Assembly: GCA_963778655.1 (NCBI GenBank)
Contig: CAVZVA010000010.1
Coordinates: 1,536,001-1,600,000 of the forward strand
Direction of reading: 5' to 3'
Source: an uncultured delta proteobacterium
GTDB lineage: Bacteria; Myxococcota_A; Polyangia; Polyangiales; JAFGIB01
Length of the DNA: 64,000 nt
In this document: positions 1 through 9,479 of the stretch, piece by piece
Layout of the letters: every line of letters starts with the position of its first letter
Position numbering within the stretch: position 1 is the first letter of the stretch
Program-made: the position numbers and the translations under genes
The notes under the pieces: generated by a model
Database searches by the model: none
The model's input: only the letters and a program-made list of their open reading frames with translations
What the model was told of the DNA's origin: nothing

Positions 1-116
1 AGTCGGCTCTCGGGCTCTCGACCCGCGATGCGCGTCTGCGTCAACTGCGACGTGCTCTTTCTTTCGGCGGGCAAGCACAACCGGCTGTGCCGGCGCTGCG
101 TTCGAAGCTGACGCGC

Positions 117-1571
117 TCAAAAGCCGAGATCGGTTGGCTTGTGTGTTGGCACCGGCTTGGGTGCCGCGTTCGCTGCAGTGGGCTTGGGGGCGACAGTTGG
201 AGCTGCCTTCGTGGTGAGCGGGGCCGCGGCACGCTGGCGCGACCGTGCTGGCGGGCGGGCGCGCTCCGGCCGAGCTCGCGGCGCCGCGGGGCTCTTGGCG
301 GCGGCGGCAGGCGCAGCCGCTTCCGGCCTTGCAGCGACCGGCGCCGGCGCCGTCGCTGCTCGCGCTGGGGTTGCAGGGGGTGCTGGCGCCGCCGCTGGTG
401 CGTGGGTTGGGGTTGCCGCCGCTGCAGGCGCCTCGACCGGGCTCGGCGCGGGCGCCGGCTTGGCCGATGGGATGTGCTGCGGCCCCTCGACCGCCGCTTG
501 TCCTGCCCCGGGACGCGAGCGATTCAGCAATAGCGCCGCGGCCGCGAGCAGCAGCACACACGCGATGGCGATCCCCAGGGGAAGCACGCGCGCGCCGCGG
601 CCTTTGTCCCGCACGACCGACACGGGCACGGCCTCGGACGCTGCCGCCTCGTTCGCCTCGCCAGAGCCCGAGGTGCCGCGCCGCGGCGTGACCGCGGCAG
701 CTTGCGCGCCGGGCGTCAGCACCACCCGCAGCGCATCGACCATCTCGCGCGCGGACTGGAAGCGCTCGTCGGGCGCGCGCCGGGTGGCGCGCGCGAACCA
801 TTCGTCGAAGCCCGGCGGCACCTTGCCGTACTGGGAGGGCACGGGCACGGGCTTGGAGCAGATCTGCAACAGCAGCGCGCCCAGCGTATCGCTCTGAAAC
901 GGCCGCAGCCCCGTCAGGCACTCGAACGCGATCACTGCCATCGCCCACAGATCCGAGCGGTGGTCGATGCTCTTGCTGCCCTCGACCTGCTCGGGGCTCA
1001 TGTAATAGGGCGTCCCGAGCATCGCGCCGGTGCGCGTGCCGGTGGTCACCTCGAACGCGTTGTTCGTCGCCTTGGCGATTCCGAAGTCGAGCACCTTGGC
1101 GATCTCTTCGTCGTCGTTGCGCACCAGGAACACGTTGTCGGGCTTGAGATCGCGGTGGACGATGCCGGCCTCGTGCGCGCGCGCCATGGCGCGCGCCACG
1201 TGCGTCATCACGCGCGCGGTTTCGGCCGGGCTCAGCCTGGCGGTGCGCAGCAGGCGTGCGGCCAGGCTCTCACCTTCCAGCAGCTCCATCGCGATGTAGG
1301 GCAAGCCCTCGTCGATACCGTGGTCGAGGATCTGCACCACGTGCGGGCTGCGCAGCGAAGCGGCCGCTTGCGCCTCGCGCAGGAAGCGCGCCATCGCGTC
1401 TTCCGATTTCGCGAGCGCTGGATCGATCAGCTTGATCGCGACCGGCGAGCGCAGCGTCAGATGCTGCGCTCGCCACACCGAGCCCATGCCGCCCTGACCG
1501 AGCTGGGCCTCGATCCGGTAGCGCCCGGCGATGATCTGCGGCGGCGCGGCCGTGCTCTTGCTGGCGATCAC
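117..1571 (-). CDS. Eukaryotic-like Ser/Thr protein kinase with C-terminal TM helix and Pro/Ala-rich tail
   Basis: Hanks motifs LGQGGMGSV, VAIK, HRDLKPDN, DFG, GTPYYMSPEQ, DLWA; TM LPLGIAIACVLLLAAAALLL; C-terminal ...TDLGF typical of myxobacterial kinases. GTG start. Confidence 0.95.
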   Translation of the reverse strand: MIASKSTAAPPQIIAGRYRIEAQLGQGGMGSVWRAQHLTLRSPVAIKLIDPALAKSEDAMARFLREAQAAASLRSPHVVQILDHGIDEGLPYIAMELLEGESLAARLLRTARLSPAETARVMTHVARAMARAHEAGIVHRDLKPDNVFLVRNDDEEIAKVLDFGIAKATNNAFEVTTGTRTGAMLGTPYYMSPEQVEGSKSIDHRSDLWAMAVIAFECLTGLRPFQSDTLGALLLQICSKPVPVPSQYGKVPPGFDEWFARATRRAPDERFQSAREMVDALRVVLTPGAQAAAVTPRRGTSGSGEANEAAASEAVPVSVVRDKGRGARVLPLGIAIACVLLLAAAALLLNRSRPGAGQAAVEGPQHIPSAKPAPAPSPVEAPAAAATPTHAPAAAPAPPATPARAATAPAPVAARPEAAAPAAAAKSPAAPRARPERARPPARSRQRAAAPLTTKAAPTVAPKPTAANAAPKPVPTHKPTDLGF

Positions 1572-1663
1572 GGATCACACGCTACCTGGACGTCCCGGCG
1601 CGCGGCAAGCACGCGCCCGCGGCCTTGTGCCATAACGGGAGCGCAGGTATCGTGCCAACGATC

Positions 1664-2668
1664 ATGGCCCGCCAGATGCGCGCGAGCACGGTTCCTGGCG
1701 CCGCGGTATGGATCGCGCTGCTGTTGCTCGGGCGCCCGGCGCTGGCTCAGGCGCCCGACGATTCGACGCTGGCGGCGGCCCGCCAACTCGGCCAGCAGGG
1801 CGTGGCGCTGTACGAGCAAGGTGACTACGCAGCTGCGTCCGACAAGCTGGAGCGCGCGTACGCCGTGGTGAAGGTGCCGACCCTCGGGCTGTGGTCAGGG
1901 CGTGCGCTCGAGAAGCTCGGCAGGCTGGTCGAGGCTGCGCAGCGCTATCGCGAGGTTACGCTGGTCGTGTTGCGGCCCGACGATCCCGAGGTGTTCCGCA
2001 GCGCACACACCGACGCACAGAAGGCGTATGACGCGCTCTCGTCGCGCATCCCGCAGCTCACTATAAAGCTGCAGGGCGCGAGCGCGGACGACGCCCGCGT
2101 CACCGTCGACGGCAAGCCGGTGCCCAGCGCGCTGCTGGGAGTGGCCGTGCCGGTCGACCCCGGCGAGCACGCGGTCGAGGGTCGCCGCGCAGCCGATCGC
2201 GCGAGTCAGCGGGTCACCTTGCAAGAAGGGGAGAAGCGCGCCGTCACGCTGGCGTTTACGGCCGTGGCTGTTACCACCCCGGTGGCGGCCAGCGCGGCCG
2301 AGACCGCGGCCGCGGCACCCGCGGCGGCCGCAGCCGTGAGTGTGGAGCCCTCGCCTCCGTCGGTGCTGCCCTGGGTGGTAGTCGGCGCCGGCAGCGGGCT
2401 GGTCGTGACCGGCGTGGTCTTCGTCGCGCTGGCCGCCAGCGCGGCCTCGAAGGTGGAGAACGTGCGCGACGGCACCCCGTGGTCGGCGGTGCAGCACGAC
2501 TACGACCGCGTGCCGGTGTTTTCGGGCGTCGGTCTCGGGCTGCTCGGTGCCGGGGCCGCGGCCGTCACGACCGGGCTGGTGTGGGGGCTCTCGGGTAAGG
2601 ATCACAGCGAGCACGCGCTCTCCGTGAGCGCGGGCCTCGCACGCGTTTCGCTCAGGGGCGCCTTCTGA
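1664..2668 (+). CDS. Secreted TPR + PEGA-like domain protein with C-terminal hydrophobic segments
   Basis: Signal peptide; TPR-like ARQLGQQGVALYEQGDYAAASDKLERAY; PEGA-like VTVDGKPV...VPVDPGEHAV; divergent from the kinase. Start chosen at ATG 1664 within ORF 1625..2668. Confidence 0.8.
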   Translation: MARQMRASTVPGAAVWIALLLLGRPALAQAPDDSTLAAARQLGQQGVALYEQGDYAAASDKLERAYAVVKVPTLGLWSGRALEKLGRLVEAAQRYREVTLVVLRPDDPEVFRSAHTDAQKAYDALSSRIPQLTIKLQGASADDARVTVDGKPVPSALLGVAVPVDPGEHAVEGRRAADRASQRVTLQEGEKRAVTLAFTAVAVTTPVAASAAETAAAAPAAAAAVSVEPSPPSVLPWVVVGAGSGLVVTGVVFVALAASAASKVENVRDGTPWSAVQHDYDRVPVFSGVGLGLLGAGAAAVTTGLVWGLSGKDHSEHALSVSAGLARVSLRGAF

Positions 2669-4500
2669 TGCGGATCGCTGCCGCGTTCGCCCTGCTGTTG
2701 CTCGCGTTCGGCTGCAAGGCCAGCATTCCCGAGGGTAAGCTCGGCTGTTCGAAGGACAGCGAGTGTCCGAGCCACTGGTTGTGTCTGAGCAAGCGCTGCT
2801 ACTCCTCGCAAGCGGCATTCACGTCGCGTGACGCGGGCGGCGGGTCGGGGGGCCAAGACGCGGGTGCGATCGATGGCGGCGGCTCGGGCAGCGGCGGCTC
2901 GGGCGGCGCGTCCGACTCGGGCGCGGGTGAAGCCGGCGTGACCATGGACGGAGGGGGCGAGGCTGGGGTTTCGGCGATGGACGCGGGCGGCGGTGAGGCC
3001 GGCTCGGACGCCGGCACGCCGGCCGACGGCGGAACCGACGCGGCGCCGCCCGCGTGCACGCCGACTGGAAGCAGCGACGAGGCGGACGACTCGGCGACCG
3101 ACGCCAACTGCGATGGCGCAGACGGCGAGGTCGGGCCGGGTACGCGCTTCGTCTACGTGACGCCGAGCGGCGCAGGCGCGCACGACGGCACCTCGCCCGC
3201 GGACGCGGCCGACCTGGTCGAGGGCTTCGCGCTCGCGGGGACCACGCGTCACGAGATCCTGCTCGCGTCGGGCGACTACACCATCAGCGCGCCGCTCGCG
3301 GTGGCGGACGGCGCGCACGTCTTCGGCGGCTACGCCGAGGACTTCCTGTCGCGGTCGGGCAGCTCGCACGTGCTCTCCACCGCGCCCAACGCGCTCGTCA
3401 TCGACCAGGTCACCGCGGCCACCATCGACTCGGTGAGCTTCGAGACGCAGGACCAATCGGCCGCCGGCGCGTACACGCACACCATCGACGTCACCATGTC
3501 GAGCGGCGTCACGCTGCGGCGCCTGAGCGTGACCGCGGGCGCCGGCGGCGACGGAGCGGCGGGTAGCTCGGGCGCGCCCGGCTCCACCGGCGTGACCGGC
3601 TCGACCGGCGGCTCGACCACCAACTCGTCCGGGGGTCAGGGCTCCACCTCCGGACCGGGGGGCCATGGCGGGAACGGCGGCAGCTTCTACGGTGGTGGCT
3701 CCGGGATGGGCGCCGACGGTCAGGACGGCAGCTCGGCGGGCAGCGGCTGCGGTGGCCACGGCACCGGTGCGGTTCCGTTCAACGATGCGTGCTTGGCGTT
3801 GAACATCCTGTATGCAGCGGATGCTGGCGGTCCGGGCCCGCAGGGATGCGCGGGCGGACGGGGCTCCCAGGGGGCCGGCGGCTCGGGCATCGGATCGGTG
3901 AGCGGTGCGAGCTGGAGTGGAAGCGCCGCGGCTGACGGTGGCACAGGCTCGGCCGGCTACACCGGTGGTGGTGGCGGCGGCGGCGGCGCCGCGGTCTGCA
4001 GCTCGCCGGCCGGCGGCGGCGGCGGCGGCGCCGGCGGCGGTGGCGGCGGTGGCGGCGCTGGTGGCCAGGCCGGCGCGCCAGGAGCGGCGTCGATCGCGAT
4101 CCTCGCGACGAATTCTTCGCTCGACCTCGACAACGTGGAGATCGTCACCGGTGACGGCGGCCGGGGCGGCACCGGTGGTAGCGGTGGGGCGGGCGGTAGC
4201 GGCGGTGTGGGTGGCCCCGGCGGCAGCGGTGCCACGATCAACGGCAGCGGCAGCAACGCGCCCAGCGTGCGTGGCGGACAGGGCGGACAGGGCGGGCAAG
4301 GCGGCAACGGCGGCGACGGTGGCTGCGGCGGCGGTGGCGCGGGCGGGCCCTCGATCGGCGTGTTCGGCAGCACGCTCACGTTGAACGAGACCGACACCAG
4401 CTACACGCTCGGCTCGGGCGGCGCCGGCGGCTCGGCCTGCGCGGCCGGCGGCGGTCACCCGGGAGCAGTCGGCACTGCGACCAATCAGGCCGGCTTCTGA
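2668..4500 (+). CDS. Gly-rich (PE-PGRS-like) lipoprotein with Cys-rich N-terminal module
   Basis: Lipobox-like LLLAFGC; CSKDSECPSHWLC motif; DANCDGADG motif; long GG-rich C-terminal region; TGATG coupling to the upstream gene. Confidence 0.8.
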   Translation: MRIAAAFALLLLAFGCKASIPEGKLGCSKDSECPSHWLCLSKRCYSSQAAFTSRDAGGGSGGQDAGAIDGGGSGSGGSGGASDSGAGEAGVTMDGGGEAGVSAMDAGGGEAGSDAGTPADGGTDAAPPACTPTGSSDEADDSATDANCDGADGEVGPGTRFVYVTPSGAGAHDGTSPADAADLVEGFALAGTTRHEILLASGDYTISAPLAVADGAHVFGGYAEDFLSRSGSSHVLSTAPNALVIDQVTAATIDSVSFETQDQSAAGAYTHTIDVTMSSGVTLRRLSVTAGAGGDGAAGSSGAPGSTGVTGSTGGSTTNSSGGQGSTSGPGGHGGNGGSFYGGGSGMGADGQDGSSAGSGCGGHGTGAVPFNDACLALNILYAADAGGPGPQGCAGGRGSQGAGGSGIGSVSGASWSGSAAADGGTGSAGYTGGGGGGGGAAVCSSPAGGGGGGAGGGGGGGGAGGQAGAPGAASIAILATNSSLDLDNVEIVTGDGGRGGTGGSGGAGGSGGVGGPGGSGATINGSGSNAPSVRGGQGGQGGQGGNGGDGGCGGGGAGGPSIGVFGSTLTLNETDTSYTLGSGGAGGSACAAGGGHPGAVGTATNQAGF

Positions 4501-4584
4501 AGCGACTCCGACCCGGCCCCGCTGGTCGTCGCGACCCAAGGCGATGGCCCTGAAGAAGACGAGCGTTGGACGGGCGGCGACAGC

Positions 4585-5250
4585 TCAGCCGTTCGCGGCG
4601 GCGCGCACGATCTCGGGTAGCTGCTGGGGCCGGCGCGCCTCGCGGTCGGGTTGCAGCTTGGGCGCGGCCAGGTAGCCCCAGGCGCACCAGACCGCGGTGG
4701 CGCCGAAGGCGTGCGCGAGCTCGATGTCGCCGTCGGTGTCGCCGATCATGAAGGCGCGGCCACGTGCCTGATCGAAGCCGCAGCGCTCGGCGGCGGTGCG
4801 CAGCATGATCGGGTCGGGCTTGGCTTTGGGGCAGCTGTCGCCGCCGACCACGGCGGCAAAGTGCTCGGCCACGCCCAGCACCTGCAGCAGCCGCCGCGAG
4901 ATGCGCTCGGGCTTGTTGGTGATGCAACACAGCTGCCCGAGCCGCGCGAGCTGCGGCAGCGCCTCGGCGATGCCGTCGTAGAGCCGCGTCTGCACCGCCA
5001 CGTTTTCGAGATAGTCGGCCTCGTAGGCCTGTCGCACCTGCTCGAGGCGCGCGGCTGCGCCGTCCTGCACGAGGTAGTCGTCGAAGCACGCGCGGTACAG
5101 CCGCTGCATGCCGGCGTTGACCCAGGGCCGCAGCTGCGCATCCTCGCGCACCGGCAAGCCGAGCCGCGCCCGCACCCGGCGCGCCGCCGCCGTCATGTCG
5201 TCGCGACTGTCCTCGAGCGTGCCGTCGAGGTCGATGCCGATCAGGTGCAT
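4585..5250 (-). CDS. HAD-superfamily hydrolase, phosphoglycolate phosphatase-like
   Basis: Motif I DLDGTLEDS, motif II ITNK, KPDP, motif IV MIGDTDGD. Confidence 0.9.
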   Translation of the reverse strand: MHLIGIDLDGTLEDSRDDMTAAARRVRARLGLPVREDAQLRPWVNAGMQRLYRACFDDYLVQDGAAARLEQVRQAYEADYLENVAVQTRLYDGIAEALPQLARLGQLCCITNKPERISRRLLQVLGVAEHFAAVVGGDSCPKAKPDPIMLRTAAERCGFDQARGRAFMIGDTDGDIELAHAFGATAVWCAWGYLAAPKLQPDREARRPQQLPEIVRAAANG

Positions 5251-5260
5251 GCGGCGCGTT

Positions 5261-5683
5261 TCAGCTTGAAGGCGAGCCGCCCGCCTGCCGCGCCAGATCT
5301 TCCACGCTGCCGCTGCCGTCGCCGTGCTCGGTGACCTTGCGCTCGCCGCTGAGCGAGCCCTTGTAGGCCGAGAACGGCTGGCCGTTGTGCGTGATCACCT
5401 CGTGCGCCACGCCGCCGGGGATGAGCAGGATGTCGCCCGCCTCGATCGTGACCGGGTACTCGTCGAAGTGAAACGTGATCACGCCCGCGACCGCGCCGCG
5501 GATCTCCGGCTCGTCGTGCGCGTGCCGGCTGCGCTCGAACCACGCCGGCACGGTCTGCAGGTCGTAGACCTTGTAGCCGTAGCCCGCCATCACCTCGGCC
5601 ACGCTCTGCTCCGTCGGCGCCTCTTTGCGCGGCCACTTCACCAGCTTCACGCCATTGGGATAGGTCGAAATACGCGCGTCCAT
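5261..5683 (-). CDS. Cupin-domain protein
   Basis: HAHDEPE...GDILLIPGGVAH cupin metal motifs; ends 10 bp upstream of the HAD gene. Confidence 0.85.
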   Translation of the reverse strand: MDARISTYPNGVKLVKWPRKEAPTEQSVAEVMAGYGYKVYDLQTVPAWFERSRHAHDEPEIRGAVAGVITFHFDEYPVTIEAGDILLIPGGVAHEVITHNGQPFSAYKGSLSGERKVTEHGDGSGSVEDLARQAGGSPSS

Positions 5684-5891
5684 CCTGGCCCTCGTGCTCC
5701 GGCGCCAGCATGGCGGAGGCGGCCGGCGAAGGCAAGACAGGCCGCGGTGAGCCGGCGGTGCGAGTCGGGCGCGTGCGCCAACACCGGCCGCCGATTTGTG
5801 CCGGCTGTGGCGTTACGTCTCACCCTTCGAGATCGGGGGTTCAGCGGTTGGCGTGCGCGGGTCTGCGGGGTCACACTGAGGTGAGGTCAGC

Positions 5892-6206
5892 ATGAACGAC
5901 TCGCGCGAAGGCAAGCATCGCGCCGGTCGGGGGGGACCCGGCGCAGGAGGCAGTGCAGCGCAGCCCGAAGCGGGCGGCGAGGTGACGTATGCGGTGATCG
6001 ACGAAGCGATCGTGCGGGTGGGCGACGATCTTTGGCACGTCGAAGTGTTGCGGATCGCCCACGAGCACCACTGGCGCATCGAGAAGAACGATGAGCTGCT
6101 CGCCGAGGCGATCGGGGCGCGACCCGAAGGCTGGCCTGCAGGCGAGCTGCCGACCGAGGTGCTGGTCGCGCTCAACCGCATCGCCAACGAGCTCAGCTGG
6201 TCCTGA
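5892..6206 (+). CDS. Hypothetical protein (104 aa)
   Basis: ATG preceded by GAGG; GC3-rich codon use and a globular-looking sequence; no recognisable motif. Confidence 0.6.
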   Translation: MNDSREGKHRAGRGGPGAGGSAAQPEAGGEVTYAVIDEAIVRVGDDLWHVEVLRIAHEHHWRIEKNDELLAEAIGARPEGWPAGELPTEVLVALNRIANELSWS

Positions 6207-6249
6207 ATGACCGATCACGATTTGGGAACGGCCATGCCGATCGGTCATT
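6206..6249. terminator. Inverted repeat, possible terminator or operator
   Basis: AATGACCGATC (6206-6216) / GATCGGTCATT (6239-6249): perfect 11-bp arms with a 22-nt loop, right at the stop codon. Confidence 0.4.
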
Positions 6250-6535
6250 TGGCGGTGCGGCGGATGCCGCACCTCCGCGAGAGGGTGAATGCGCGTGATT
6301 CGATCCCGAATCGCGAGCTCTGATCTAGTGGTCGCGCGCCCGGCTCCGCATGCGGAACCCGCGCCGCTTCCGGCGCGGCACGCGGCCGGCGCCGGAGTCA
6401 GGCCGTGCTTCCGCAGCGGACGGGGCTATCTGCTATACTGTGCGCACGCCTTTCGTGCGCGCCGCACGCAGCTCTGGTAGATCGTGCTTTCGGCCTCCAG
6501 CGCGCACGGCGGCCAGCACTGGGTGGGTTGACCGC

Positions 6536-8251
6536 ATGGACGAGCATCCGCCGCAGCAACCCGATGAGGCCCTCGCGCCGGCGACCGAGCCGCCGAGCGA
6601 GCAACTCCACGCGACCCACCGCGTCACCAATCAGAGCCCGCAACTGGTCGGCTACAACACGTTCCAGACCAACCTGCCCCTGGTCGAGGCCGTGCAGCGG
6701 GAGCACGCCGCCTGGGCGCAGGCGCAGTTGCTCGCCTTCGGCGAGGCGATGGGCGGGGAGCAGGCAATGGAGTGGGCCGTGCAGGCCAACCGCTTCACGC
6801 CGATTCTGCGCACCCACGACGCGACCGGCGTGCGCGTCAATCGGGTCGAGTACCACCCGGCCTATCACAGCCTGATGGCGCTCTCGGTGCGCTACGGCCT
6901 GCACGCCATGCCCTGGCGCGAGCCGCGTGCCGGGGCGCACGTCGCGCGTGCGGGCTTGCTGCTGCTCGCGAGCGAGAACGAGTTCGGCCACTGCTGTCCG
7001 ATCTCGATGGCCTACGCGTGCGTGCCGAGCCTGCGCAAGCAGCCGGAGCTGGCTGCGCTGTGGGAGCCGCGCGTGGGCTCGCTCGAGTACGACCCGCGCT
7101 TCCTGCCTGCGGCGGAGAAACGCGGCGCTATGCTGGGGATGGCGATGACCGAGAAGCAGGGCGGCTCCGACGTGCGCGCCAACACCACCTTCGCCGTGCC
7201 CGCGGGCGCAACCGGACCGGGCCAGGCTTACCTGCTCACCGGCCACAAGTGGTTCTGCTCTGCGCCGATGTCCGACGCGTTCCTGGTGCTGGCGCAGGCA
7301 CCCGGCGGCCTGTCGTGCTTTCTGCTGCCGCGCTTCCGGCCCGACGGCACGCAGAACGTGTTCGCGCTGCAGCGGCTCAAGGACAAGCTCGGCAACCGCT
7401 CCAATGCTTCGAGCGAGGTCGAGCTCGACGGCAGCTACGCCCAGCTGGTGGGCGAGGAAGGCCGCGGGGTCTCGGTCATCATCGAGATGGTGAGCCATAC
7501 CCGGCTGGACTCCGCGCTGGGCGCCGCGGCGTTGATGCGGCGGGCCTTGGCGCACGCGATCCACCACGCGCGCCACCGCCGCGCGTTCGGCCGGCTGCTG
7601 GTCGAACAGCCGCTGATGCAGAATGTGCTCGCAGACCTGGCGCTCGAGTCCGAGGCGGCCACGGTGCTGATGCTGCGCGTCGCCCGCGCCTACGACGAGC
7701 CTGTCGAGCACGGCCAGGAAGCGGGCTTTCGGCGCCTCGCCACCCCGCTCGCCAAGTACTGGCTGTGTAAGCGCGCGCCGTTCGCCGTCTATGAGGCGCT
7801 GGAGTGCCTGGGCGGCAACGGCTACACCGAGGACTTCCCGCTGGCGCGGCTGTATCGCGAGGCGCCGATCAACTCGATCTGGGAGGGCTCGGGCAACGTG
7901 ATCTGTCTCGATGTGGTGCGCGCGATCGCGCGCGAGCCCGAGTCGCTCGACGCCTATTTCGCCGAAATCGAGCTCGCCGCGCACGCCGAGCCGCGGCTCG
8001 GCCGCGCGCTGCGGGCGCTGCGCGAGGAGCTCGGTGCGGGCACGCCCAGCCCGTTCACGGCCCGCCGCACCGCCGAGCGGTTGACCATCGCGCTGCAGGC
8101 GTCGCTGCTGCTGCGGCACGCGCCCGCTAGCGTCGCCGATGCCTTCTGCGCCACCCGTCTCGACGGCGATCGCGGGCACGCCTTTGGCACCTTGCCGCAG
8201 GGTGTGGACGCGCGCCGGATCGTCGACCGCGCCTTTGCCCCGTCGCGCTGA
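6536..8251 (+). CDS. aidB: AidB-family acyl-CoA dehydrogenase
   Basis: THRVTNQ, YHPAYH, CPISM, MAMTEKQGGSDV, GHKWFCSAPMSD, LKDKLGNRSNAS, NSIWEGSGNV are AidB signatures. Confidence 0.9.
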   Translation: MDEHPPQQPDEALAPATEPPSEQLHATHRVTNQSPQLVGYNTFQTNLPLVEAVQREHAAWAQAQLLAFGEAMGGEQAMEWAVQANRFTPILRTHDATGVRVNRVEYHPAYHSLMALSVRYGLHAMPWREPRAGAHVARAGLLLLASENEFGHCCPISMAYACVPSLRKQPELAALWEPRVGSLEYDPRFLPAAEKRGAMLGMAMTEKQGGSDVRANTTFAVPAGATGPGQAYLLTGHKWFCSAPMSDAFLVLAQAPGGLSCFLLPRFRPDGTQNVFALQRLKDKLGNRSNASSEVELDGSYAQLVGEEGRGVSVIIEMVSHTRLDSALGAAALMRRALAHAIHHARHRRAFGRLLVEQPLMQNVLADLALESEAATVLMLRVARAYDEPVEHGQEAGFRRLATPLAKYWLCKRAPFAVYEALECLGGNGYTEDFPLARLYREAPINSIWEGSGNVICLDVVRAIAREPESLDAYFAEIELAAHAEPRLGRALRALREELGAGTPSPFTARRTAERLTIALQASLLLRHAPASVADAFCATRLDGDRGHAFGTLPQGVDARRIVDRAFAPSR

Positions 8252-8379
8252 GCTCGCGCCCTGGGCAGGGGCTCGCGCACGCCGCTTCCCCAAAAAGGTT
8301 TGCCGAAACACTTGGGGGCGAGCGATCGAGCGCACGATTCTGTTTCAACCGGGCCAGGTCCCACCCGCACTGAACGGGC

Positions 8380-9336
8380 ATGGAACCGCAAAGCCACCGA
8401 GCAATTCATCCGCATCGCGGGTTGATCTGGGCCGCCGCCGTCGCGCTCTCCGCGTGCGGCGGAACGCACGCGGGATCGAGCGCCGGCCAAGCGGCGCTCA
8501 GCGCACAGTGCGCGGCACCGGCCGCGATACCGCCGGGCGCCTGGACCTGCCCAGAGCCGCGCACGCTCGAGTGCGGGCAGCTCGACAGCGCGGTGCTGTA
8601 CGTCGCGGACGGCACGCCGAGCTGTGCGGGCGGGTCGCTCACTCTTGCGAGCTCGGGCCCGCTCGACGTCGGGACGCACACGATCGCGGTACAGGACGCG
8701 GCGGGCAACGAGCTGTGCTCGGCGGAGCTGACCGTGGCCGACACCCAGGCGCCGGTGCTGACCTCGCACAGCGTCCAGCTGTGGCCGCCCAACCACAAGT
8801 TTCACGAGATCGCGGTTTCCGACTGCGTGAGCGCGCTCGACGCCTGCGACGGCGCGCTGCAGGGCGAGTTCATCTGGGCCAGCAGTGACGAGCCGATCGA
8901 CGACATCGGCGACGGCCACTTCGAACCCGACATCGGGCTCGGCCGCGACGCCCAGCACGCCTGCGTGCGCGCCGAGCGCCAGGGGCCCAAGGACGGCCGC
9001 GTCTACAAGCTCGGCGTGCGCGTCACCGATGCGGCCGGCAACAGCGCCGAAGGCGAGTGCACGGTGATCGTCGACCACGACCAGCGCGGCGTCACCGGCA
9101 AGGACAGTGGCGACGCTTATCGCATCGCGCTCGATCCGAGCCAGGCCGGCAGTGACTGCGGCGGTGGCGGCGGTGCCGGGCAGGGCGGCGCGGGCGGTAG
9201 CGGCGGCACGGGTGTTGGTGACACCGGCGGTACGGGCGGCGGCGGCGGTACGGGCGGCGGCGGCGGCACGGGCGGCGGCGGCGGCACGGGCGGCAATGGC
9301 GGCCACGTGCTGCTCGATGCCGGGGCGCCGTTCTGA
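8380..9336 (+). CDS. Lipoprotein with Ig/HYR-like and LWPPNHK-type domain plus Gly-rich tail
   Basis: Lipobox ALSAC; LWPPNHK...SSDEP...RAERQGPKDGRVY domain; GGGGTG repeats at the C-terminus. Confidence 0.8.
   Translation: MEPQSHRAIHPHRGLIWAAAVALSACGGTHAGSSAGQAALSAQCAAPAAIPPGAWTCPEPRTLECGQLDSAVLYVADGTPSCAGGSLTLASSGPLDVGTHTIAVQDAAGNELCSAELTVADTQAPVLTSHSVQLWPPNHKFHEIAVSDCVSALDACDGALQGEFIWASSDEPIDDIGDGHFEPDIGLGRDAQHACVRAERQGPKDGRVYKLGVRVTDAAGNSAEGECTVIVDHDQRGVTGKDSGDAYRIALDPSQAGSDCGGGGGAGQGGAGGSGGTGVGDTGGTGGGGGTGGGGGTGGGGGTGGNGGHVLLDAGAPF
9225..9296 (+). repeat. In-frame 18-bp tandem repeat (about 4 copies) encoding GGGGTG
   Basis: ggcggcggcggYacgggc repeated. Confidence 0.7.
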
Positions 9337-9367
9337 CTCGGGTCTAACCCGGCCCGATCATCCGCCG

Positions 9368-9398
9368 CAAAGGGCGAAACCCCCAAAGGGCGAAACCC
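9368..9398. repeat. Tandem direct repeat CAAAGGGCGAAACCC x2 (16-bp period) between convergent genes
   Basis: Copies at 9368-9382 and 9384-9398. Confidence 0.75.
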
Positions 9399-9479
9399 GG
9401 GTCCGAGCGAACGCTGAGCCGGAAACGCCGCGAATGAAGCCGTCCTCGCTGCGCACGCAGGACCCCGCACGGCCTGCGG

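Noticed and set aside
2668..4500. Mycobacterial PE-PGRS protein or horizontal transfer
   Set aside because: No PE domain; it has a lipobox and myxobacterial Cys motifs, so the similarity is only Gly-rich low complexity.
2602..4539. Long antisense and alternate-frame ORFs (e.g. 2602..4539 -, 6398..8335 -, 36916..39819 -, 58324..60624 -)
   Set aside because: Shadow ORFs expected in very high-GC DNA: Arg/Ala/Gly-rich, no motifs, and they overlap well-supported genes.
9361..9440. Possible c-di-GMP-I (GEMM) riboswitch suggested by GCAAA/GAAA words
   Set aside because: Lacks the GGCAAAC...GAAA...GACGCAAAGC architecture and lies between two 3' ends, not in a leader.
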